From Bacteroidales bacterium (GTDB lineage: Bacteria; Bacteroidota; Bacteroidia; Bacteroidales; UBA7960), in NCBI GenBank assembly GCA_012521995.1, contig JAAYLH010000067.1, forward strand, positions 16,478-80,477: DNA of 64,000 bases, written 5' to 3'. A model generated the notes under the pieces. That model ran no database searches, had not been told where the DNA came from, and was given only the letters and a program-made list of their open reading frames with translations. The translations under genes were made by a program, and so were the position numbers. Below are positions 57,369 to 64,000 of this stretch, in pieces. How positions within the stretch are numbered: the first letter of the stretch is position 1; every line of letters begins with the position of its first letter.

Positions 57369-60300
57369 AGCAGATTTTTACTTTTAAGTTTTTCCACCAG
57401 GTAAATATCCAGGGATGGATGAATGGCATAGACCCCTTCAAACTTCTCAATGATCAATCCTGCTCTGGACAAGTCATCCAGGCGGGCCTTAACCACAGCC
57501 TCAGAGGTCTGCAGGCTTTCCGCAAGGCTTTCAATCGAGTGCCTGCGGTGCATGATAAACTGCAGAAGATAAAACAGCTGCTCGTGGGTAAGCACATCAA
57601 AGACGCTGTCAGGAGGTACTTGTATGGGTTCCATGTATATGGTCCTTGCCGATATCTTCTTGATCGAGCTGAGCCATAGCGAGATCAACAAACCGGGGTT
57701 CCCATATGACTGGTCAAAGAAACGGTTAAACATCCTGGCAAAATCCCAGGCGGTCATTCTTTCTTCCTCTTTCTTATGGTACACGAATTTGAGGCCGCCC
57801 GCATGATGCCTAAGCATGATCAGGTCGTGAAGTTCACGTGCATCGAAAGGCTTGCATACCACGGCGGCAAGGGAATAGTTCAACAATCCCGTTGACTTCT
57901 CCAGAACCTTAAGGGCATGCTCGTTAATATTGATCAGAAACAGGAATTTCTTCCCATATTGGCCGATGAGCTCCTTGATCCATTCAATAACCTGCAATCC
58001 TCCTGTTTTCCGTTCCCACCAAAGCTCAAGGTCGTGAATGATGATAACCTTACCTGCAGGAAGAGCGGTCATCACATCCAACAACTTGTCAGGCTGTACA
58101 TGCAGCGCTTGGGCAAGTGCTTCACGGAAGACTTCCAGGCTGGCCTCACACGATTTTGGAGCACGGACAATGTGAACATGCTCCTGGGAAAAGTGCTTGC
58201 GCGCAAGGTATTTCGAAAGGCTCGACTTCCCTGAACTGCGCTCCCCTGAAATGATCAGGGCACCAGGAATGCCCGACTTAAAGCGCGCTATGGCCTGGTT
58301 GCCCTCGGCAATCTGCTCATGCATGCCCACCCAGAAGTCATCGCTGGTACCCGACAGGCCAGAGAAAAGGGTGGCATAGTAATAAGGCAGTTCCTTCATG
58401 ATCTGCTGGCGTGGTGATACCGCTTCAACAAAACCCAGCAGGTCGCGGTTGGCCAGTTTCCCCGTCTGGCTTTTCTCAAAGCGGTTGGCCCATACGATAC
58501 CTTCGCTCTTGCTGTAAAGCAGGTTCACCAGGTTCTTTTGCCCTGTTTCACTGATCTGGTTTATTTGACGGTTCATCCAGCGCGAGAATTGCCCATTGCC
58601 TTTTTCCCGCATTTTCTTCTTCAGATCCAGACTCGTCTGATTGATCACAGCCGATGACAGGGGCTCAAACGATTGACGCAAGCCTTCATCAAAAATCTTG
58701 AAAAAACCGCTCTGAATCGCCCTGGACTTCCCTTCTTCTTCCTTAAGCTTGCCTATGAAATCCTTCAGCAGTTTGGCGGTTTCCTCCTGGTAACCTTCCT
58801 TTTCACTGCCCTCCATAAATTCCACGTCCCTGAGCAGGCTGAAGTTGATCAGGCGCAACAGGTCCTTAATTCGTGTTGCGCTTAACTGGAGCTGGTATTC
58901 CGTATTCTGTCCCTGCTCCTTTACCTTGTCGATCAAAAGGCTGCTCAGATAAAAACCCGAGAGCTTCCTGACGTTTACTGCCACCGGCTCGGGCTCGGGC
59001 AAGGCCCCTTTTTCAATGGCATCGAAAAAGTTTTGCCCGCTGATCTCAATTTCTTCAGGAAGTTCAGCCATCAACTCATTTACCTCCTGGAAGAATCCTT
59101 CATAGAGCTCCAGCACCTGGGGGTTCTTCAGCAAGCTTTGGTCCAGTTGGTTCTCAACAGGTGCTCCTGTTTCACTGGTCTCCAATGCTTCGAGAAGTTC
59201 TGACTGGTAAGCCTTTAGCGGCCTGAACATCCTCGCTTCCAACAGTTGGCTGAAATCGAGATTGTATTTCCTTATCTTCGAATGGATCCGACTGCGCAAG
59301 GAAAGGAACATGAAGTCGAGCACTCCCTTGTTGATAAAAAGATTCATGCTTTTTTCCCAGCGGACAGGCATTTCCATAAAGGTGGCCTCCTGCTCCTGCT
59401 TCTTTTCAACAAGGGCTTTGAGGTATTTCTTCATGCGCGGATCCGTGCCGGCATTGTCCAGAAAATTGCTGAATTGCTGAAGGTCTTCGAGCAAGTTGTC
59501 GAACAGTTTATTGCCCGCTTCTATGCGGAATGCGCGCGCTTCCGATTCCAAAACCGATATCTGGGCTTTTATCCTGTCTTTCTCCAGCGAAAGTTTTTCA
59601 AGAGCTTTATCCTTATCGCCTGCCTCCAGCCGGGTCATCTCAATAATCTCGTGCATACTGATGAAGATCTTGCGCAAAGCCACCACGTCGCCAAAAGCAT
59701 CAATGGCATAGTCATTCATCAACTCACCGGCCACTTCCATTCGCCTCAGATAAAGGAAATAACGGGCCACCTCCGAAACCCTGATCTTTTTGGTGACCTT
59801 CCGGCCCGTAAGCCTGATTTTAAACCGCTGCAAAGCTTTGTAGGTGCGCGTCCAGAAATGATCCTTGTTTTCAGCCTCAAATTCCTCCCGATCCAACTGG
59901 ATTCGAAGAAACTCAGGCAGCGAGGCCAGCATTGCCTTGCTATCCCTTACATACATCGTATTGGCCGTCTCCAGGTGCTGTTCCTGGTTGTGAACAATGA
60001 TACGCTTCAGGTAATCGATGCGCTTCCGGGCCTGGAATGAAAAGTCGTTAAGCACCCTTAGAAATGCCTTGGGTTGGGCTGCCGGCTCAACGGTTTTCAG
60101 GATCTTCTTCAGCTGATCGATGATCTTTCCTGAATAAAGGGCAAGCTCCGAATAAAATTGAAAGACTTCCCCCGAAACGGCTTCATAGGCTTCTGAATAA
60201 TAAACCTTCGTCAGGTTTTCCATAGTCTCACCCACTTTGAACACTTCCTTGGCAACGATTTGCCTTGTGGGAGAGGTGAGTTTGGCCAGCACATCAGGGG

Positions 60301-62512
60301 TATGCTTCTCCATGGCAGCAGGGTCCTTCTCCTTGATCTTCCTGCCTGGGCTGAGGTTCACTTCTTCAAAGAATGAAGAAGCCCTGATCAGCAGACAGGT
60401 CTTCAGCCCAATCACCAGCTCATTGGTTTTCCCTATAACGGTGACTCCCTTCTGAAGGGCCTCAGGCAGTTCAAGGATGCTCAGGTCGGTGTCTGAGGAC
60501 TCAGCCAGGATGACCTCGGCTTCGGGCAATTGTTCCACCCCATTATTGATGACTTTCACCCTGGCCTGCAAGCGCGCCTGATCAAGCAACTGGTTAACCA
60601 GCATATACAGGCTTTCGGTCTTTGAGCTGTCCTGATTAATGACCAGGATGCGTAAGCTGGCATTCATCCATTCCTTACTTGAAGTAATGAACCGCAGCAA
60701 GGTAAGAGCCAGCGAAAGATTACGCCCGCTTCCCGTCCACCAGAAATCAATTTGCTTATACTTACCAAAGCCGTTTTCAGCGTTATAGTTCAAAAAAACA
60801 GTGTTATAATCCTGCTTCTTGAAATTTTCCAGCAGCTGGGCAAACTTCTCAGGATTACGGGTTTTCCTTCCCCAGCCCATAAATATGGTATTGGGCTCAA
60901 AACCAGAAAAGCCATAGACCCTCGAGATGAGATCAATGCCTTCATAAAAATCGTGGCAGTGGTGACGGCGGGTAAAAACGCCCTGTTTTTTCGTTACAGG
61001 GGTATTGAAGGTATTTTTGTCGTGTTCCCTGAAAATGCCATCTGCCTTGGGGTCTTCTATCAATTCGAAATTGGTGAAGATGCCCAGCTTGCCTACCAGC
61101 GATTTCCCCATTTCGATCAGATGGGGCCGGTTCAGCTCACCCCCGCTGAACAGGATCACATTGGGCCTCCAGTTACGGGGCTCGTGGCTGGTAATGGTAA
61201 GTTTCTCAAGGCCTGTCTTCACCAGTGAAGTCCAAACGCTGTTCCAGGTATCTCCTGTCTGGAGGGTCAGCTCTTTGCGCTTCAGAAAGAGGAAGAGCGC
61301 AATGAGCACAACCGAGGCCACCAGCAAAGCGACCAGGTCAAGCAGTATCATTACCACAATACAGGCAAGCGCCCCAATGATGCTTACAATGCGCGGAATT
61401 TTGAAAGAGGGCCTGAAATCGCTGCTGGCCCAACTCTCAATGGCGTAGGTAATATTCAGAAAACCATAAGTCAGGATAAAAAAGATAGATACAATACGGG
61501 CTATTACGTTCAATTCTCCGATCAAGATCCCTGCCTGTGCGATCAAATAGGTCAGTAAAAGCGCATTGCGAGGTTCGTTTGAAGCCCCGTAGCCCTTGGC
61601 AAAAAACCTTGGGATTATCCTGTCGATGGCCACAGCCTGCAAAATACGCGGTGCGCCAAGTATGCTTCCCAAAGCCGAGGAAAGGGTTGCACCCAGGATT
61701 CCTGCAACCACCAGCTGTGGCAGCCAGGAAGCATCAAATAAAATATCAGGATTGTTAACAAGGGATTCCCTGTCGATTGTAAAGGCCAGAAAAAAAACCA
61801 AGCCCACGTAAATCATCAAGCCAACCACAATTGCCGCAATGGTGCCTACAGGAATGGATTTTCGGGCGTCCCTAAGGTCTCCCGACATGGAAACCCCCGC
61901 CATAAAACCAGTTGCAGCAGGGAAGAAAATGGCAAACAGGGTAATCCAGGGTAATGCCCCATCCATGGACTCCAGCACTGGCACACTTGGCGTAAAATCA
62001 TGATTTCCAATAAAAATGGATAATAGTGACAGGCCAATAATTGTCAGGATAAAATATTGCGACTTGATGGCCAATGATGTGCTGATAAACGTGATGGCCG
62101 CTACCAGGAAAAGTGTAATGGAGCCCACCAGCCGTATGGTCTGGAGGCTTACTTCAAATCCAAAATAAGAAAGAAAGGTCTCAGAAAAACCTATCAGGTA
62201 TAGGCTGATGCTGAATGAAAACCCAACAAACAGGGCCAAACCCATGGTCCCCCCGATGGGAAGACCCAGACTGCGCGAAATGATATAATAGCCGCCTCCA
62301 ACCCCAACTTTTTTGTCGGTGGCCACCGATGAAACACTCAATCCTGTGCTAATGGAAATAATATGAGCAATCAGAACAATTCCCAGTGTCGCCCATAATC
62401 CTGCCTGTCCAACAATCCAGGGAAGTCGCAGGTACAGGATCACACCCACGATGGTAAGGATGGAAGGCGTGAACACCCCTCCAAATGTCCCAAATTTCTT
62501 TGCTTTTGCCAC
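57365..62512 (-). CDS. Fusion protein: cation-chloride-cotransporter-like (APC superfamily, SLC12-like) permease plus its cytoplasmic C-terminal domain, a long helical region, a P-loop ATPase and a C-terminal winged helix
   Basis: Residues 1 to about 430 are polytopic (FGTFGGVFTPSILTIVGVILYLRLPWIVGQAG, YYIISRSLG). The NWRPN hallmark sits near residue 447 (about 61161..61175), and the cytoplasmic domain runs to about residue 720. Residues 720 to 1390 are helical or coiled-coil. Walker A is GERSSGKSS (about 58220..58248) and Walker-B-like is VIIIHDLE (about 58030..58052). The last 75 aa or so look like a wHTH (SIESLAESLQTSEAVVKARLDDLSRAGLI). The ORF is uninterrupted over 5148 nt. Confidence 0.75.
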   Translation of the reverse strand: MAKAKKFGTFGGVFTPSILTIVGVILYLRLPWIVGQAGLWATLGIVLIAHIISISTGLSVSSVATDKKVGVGGGYYIISRSLGLPIGGTMGLALFVGFSFSISLYLIGFSETFLSYFGFEVSLQTIRLVGSITLFLVAAITFISTSLAIKSQYFILTIIGLSLLSIFIGNHDFTPSVPVLESMDGALPWITLFAIFFPAATGFMAGVSMSGDLRDARKSIPVGTIAAIVVGLMIYVGLVFFLAFTIDRESLVNNPDILFDASWLPQLVVAGILGATLSSALGSILGAPRILQAVAIDRIIPRFFAKGYGASNEPRNALLLTYLIAQAGILIGELNVIARIVSIFFILTYGFLNITYAIESWASSDFRPSFKIPRIVSIIGALACIVVMILLDLVALLVASVVLIALFLFLKRKELTLQTGDTWNSVWTSLVKTGLEKLTITSHEPRNWRPNVILFSGGELNRPHLIEMGKSLVGKLGIFTNFELIEDPKADGIFREHDKNTFNTPVTKKQGVFTRRHHCHDFYEGIDLISRVYGFSGFEPNTIFMGWGRKTRNPEKFAQLLENFKKQDYNTVFLNYNAENGFGKYKQIDFWWTGSGRNLSLALTLLRFITSSKEWMNASLRILVINQDSSKTESLYMLVNQLLDQARLQARVKVINNGVEQLPEAEVILAESSDTDLSILELPEALQKGVTVIGKTNELVIGLKTCLLIRASSFFEEVNLSPGRKIKEKDPAAMEKHTPDVLAKLTSPTRQIVAKEVFKVGETMENLTKVYYSEAYEAVSGEVFQFYSELALYSGKIIDQLKKILKTVEPAAQPKAFLRVLNDFSFQARKRIDYLKRIIVHNQEQHLETANTMYVRDSKAMLASLPEFLRIQLDREEFEAENKDHFWTRTYKALQRFKIRLTGRKVTKKIRVSEVARYFLYLRRMEVAGELMNDYAIDAFGDVVALRKIFISMHEIIEMTRLEAGDKDKALEKLSLEKDRIKAQISVLESEARAFRIEAGNKLFDNLLEDLQQFSNFLDNAGTDPRMKKYLKALVEKKQEQEATFMEMPVRWEKSMNLFINKGVLDFMFLSLRSRIHSKIRKYNLDFSQLLEARMFRPLKAYQSELLEALETSETGAPVENQLDQSLLKNPQVLELYEGFFQEVNELMAELPEEIEISGQNFFDAIEKGALPEPEPVAVNVRKLSGFYLSSLLIDKVKEQGQNTEYQLQLSATRIKDLLRLINFSLLRDVEFMEGSEKEGYQEETAKLLKDFIGKLKEEEGKSRAIQSGFFKIFDEGLRQSFEPLSSAVINQTSLDLKKKMREKGNGQFSRWMNRQINQISETGQKNLVNLLYSKSEGIVWANRFEKSQTGKLANRDLLGFVEAVSPRQQIMKELPYYYATLFSGLSGTSDDFWVGMHEQIAEGNQAIARFKSGIPGALIISGERSSGKSSLSKYLARKHFSQEHVHIVRAPKSCEASLEVFREALAQALHVQPDKLLDVMTALPAGKVIIIHDLELWWERKTGGLQVIEWIKELIGQYGKKFLFLININEHALKVLEKSTGLLNYSLAAVVCKPFDARELHDLIMLRHHAGGLKFVYHKKEEERMTAWDFARMFNRFFDQSYGNPGLLISLWLSSIKKISARTIYMEPIQVPPDSVFDVLTHEQLFYLLQFIMHRRHSIESLAESLQTSEAVVKARLDDLSRAGLIIEKFEGVYAIHPSLDIYLVEKLKSKNLL

Positions 62513-62720
62513 GTCGTTCCTTTTATGGATTACTTCTGTTCAAAGATAAAATAAATTGAACGGTTTGTTTCTTTCAGCCCGGCTTTTATTGCAAGTCATC
62601 TCCTTCCATTCATACAGACTATGAAGATAATTTTTTTATTTTTGTTAGGCCTGATTCGTTTTAAGAAACCTGCGAAAAAGGAGTTTTCCGGATTTTTGAA
62701 TAAATGAAATAAACCACCCC

Positions 62721-63953
62721 ATGGACGTGCAAACCACTTTAATCATAGTCTTTGTAGGGGTTTTGGTTTTCCTCGCCCATCTCTTTGCCGAATTTTTCCG
62801 CAGCCAGAAAATTCCCGATGTCTTAATGCTTATTATTATTGGCTTGGTGCTGGGGCCCCTGACCGGATTCGTTAACCCCAAATCCTTTGGAGGGATTGGC
62901 AGTGTCTTTGCCAACATTACTCTGGTCATTATATTGTTTGAAGGAGGAACCAGCCTGCGATTCGATGTCCTGCGAACAGCCATCAGGGGTTCAGCCAGCC
63001 TGACAACCGTAAATTTTGTTATCAGCGCCATCATTATTGGCATAGTGACCCTGACCGTATTCGGTTTCGATCCCATTCTCGCATTTATGCTGGGCGCCTT
63101 CCTGGGCGGAACAGCTTCGGCAATTGTAATCCCAATGGTGGGGCAGCTTAATATTCAACCCGAATCTAAAACAATCCTGATCCTTGAGTCAGCCGTCAGC
63201 GATGTTCTTTGCTTAGTGGTCGGATTAACCTTTTTTGAAGCCTTAAACCTTGGTCAACTTAGGTTCGGAAGTATGCTGATGAGCATTATAGCAGGGTTTG
63301 CCTTCTCAACAGTCATAGGCATACTGGGAGGATTTGGATGGTCATTCCTGATCAATAAAGTCCGCAACCTGCAAAACTCAATCTTTACCACGCCCGCTTT
63401 CGTGTTTATCGTTTACGGCATAGCCGAACTCCTGGGATTCAGCGGGGCCATCGCAGCCCTTATGTTTGGCATTACCCTGGCGAACATTGACGTGATACCA
63501 AAACCCCTCCTGCAGCGGTATACCCGTTTTATTCCTCATACCCTAAATGAAACAGAGCGGATTTTCTTTTCTGAGGCAGTCTTCCTGCTCAAAACCTTTT
63601 TCTTCGTTTATATTGGCATTTCGATTGTCCTGACAGATTACTTCTCTATTGCCATTGGAGGTATACTAACCCTGCTGGTATTCACGTTCCGAATCCCCAT
63701 TGTCAGGATCTCCGTAAGACCCTCTATTCCTGTCTACGACCGGATAATCATGTCGATGATGGTCCCAAAGGGTCTTGCCGCAGCCGTGCTGGCCTCCCTG
63801 CCCGCACAGGCAGGCCTGCCCGGGGGCGAACTCATCCAGAACATCACCTATTCCACCGTCCTGATCAGCATCGTCCTCAACTCAATCCTTATTATGCTCA
63901 ACAACAGGGTGCCCCTGATGGGAAAAGCTTACACCTTCCTGTTGAAACCTTAA
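62721..63953 (+). CDS. Cation:proton antiporter (CPA1/NhaP-like Na+/H+ exchanger), transmembrane core only
   Basis: The 410-aa polytopic product has FFRSQKIPDVLMLIIIGLVLGP and ILFEGGTSL blocks typical of the Na_H_Exchanger family. Confidence 0.8.
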   Translation: MDVQTTLIIVFVGVLVFLAHLFAEFFRSQKIPDVLMLIIIGLVLGPLTGFVNPKSFGGIGSVFANITLVIILFEGGTSLRFDVLRTAIRGSASLTTVNFVISAIIIGIVTLTVFGFDPILAFMLGAFLGGTASAIVIPMVGQLNIQPESKTILILESAVSDVLCLVVGLTFFEALNLGQLRFGSMLMSIIAGFAFSTVIGILGGFGWSFLINKVRNLQNSIFTTPAFVFIVYGIAELLGFSGAIAALMFGITLANIDVIPKPLLQRYTRFIPHTLNETERIFFSEAVFLLKTFFFVYIGISIVLTDYFSIAIGGILTLLVFTFRIPIVRISVRPSIPVYDRIIMSMMVPKGLAAAVLASLPAQAGLPGGELIQNITYSTVLISIVLNSILIMLNNRVPLMGKAYTFLLKP

Positions 63954-64000
63954 TGGCGATAAAACACGGGGCTTCTTGTTAAAAGTTTCTAAAATCCTGG

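Noticed and set aside
59246-60040. A 264-aa plus-strand ORF inside the giant fusion gene, along with other internal antisense ORFs (60752..61228, 61005..61448)
   Set aside because: They are antisense to a 5.1-kb uninterrupted ORF with recognisable permease and ATPase motifs. I saw no promoter or motif support for them.
1-64000. tRNA, rRNA, tmRNA, transposase, integrase, prophage or defence-system genes
   Set aside because: I scanned the intergenic regions and all ORF translations by eye. I saw no tRNA-like T-arm or acceptor patterns, no rRNA, and no recombinase, Cas, restriction or toxin-antitoxin signatures. The YwqK-like MORN repeat protein is a large secreted repeat protein, not a TA module. 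A tRNAscan or Infernal run would be needed to be certain.

Overview
This is a chromosomal segment from a Bacteroidota genome. The evidence is a complete porP-gldK-gldL-gldM-gldN (porPKLMN) type IX secretion (T9SS) core operon, TAnnTTTG-type promoter boxes, and three proteins over 1300 aa ending in T9SS C-terminal sorting domains. Most of the window is housekeeping: dprA, ppa, ftsX, uppP, truB, queA, ispD, miaB, topA, fumC plus a class I fumarase, rbfA, pheT, comF, asd, glyQS and ispB. I found no rRNA, tRNA, CRISPR array, transposase or integrase by eye.

The parts worth a second look are:
1. A 1715-aa single ORF (57365..62512, minus). It fuses a full-length cation-chloride-cotransporter-like permease to a roughly 1000-aa cytoplasmic extension that ends in a P-loop ATPase and a winged-helix domain. 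It is translationally coupled to an MscS-like channel gene and sits divergent from a Na+/H+ antiporter.
2. An exactly 11-bp-phased array of ACGT cores (6487..6610) inside a 900-bp gene-free gap. A related TACG array lies in the convergent gap at 41785..42028, and the two share flank motifs at near-identical spacing.
3. A tandem pair of gingipain-like C25 peptidases, one with a Kgp-like and one with an Rgp-like active-site context. Tandem paralogous small secreted proteins follow them.
4. A lower-GC gene for a 1479-aa T9SS cargo protein behind a 900-bp AT-rich leader.
5. An arginase-fold protein between topA and porP with degenerate metal-binding motifs.

All calls come from reading the translations and sequence by eye. 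No database search was run.
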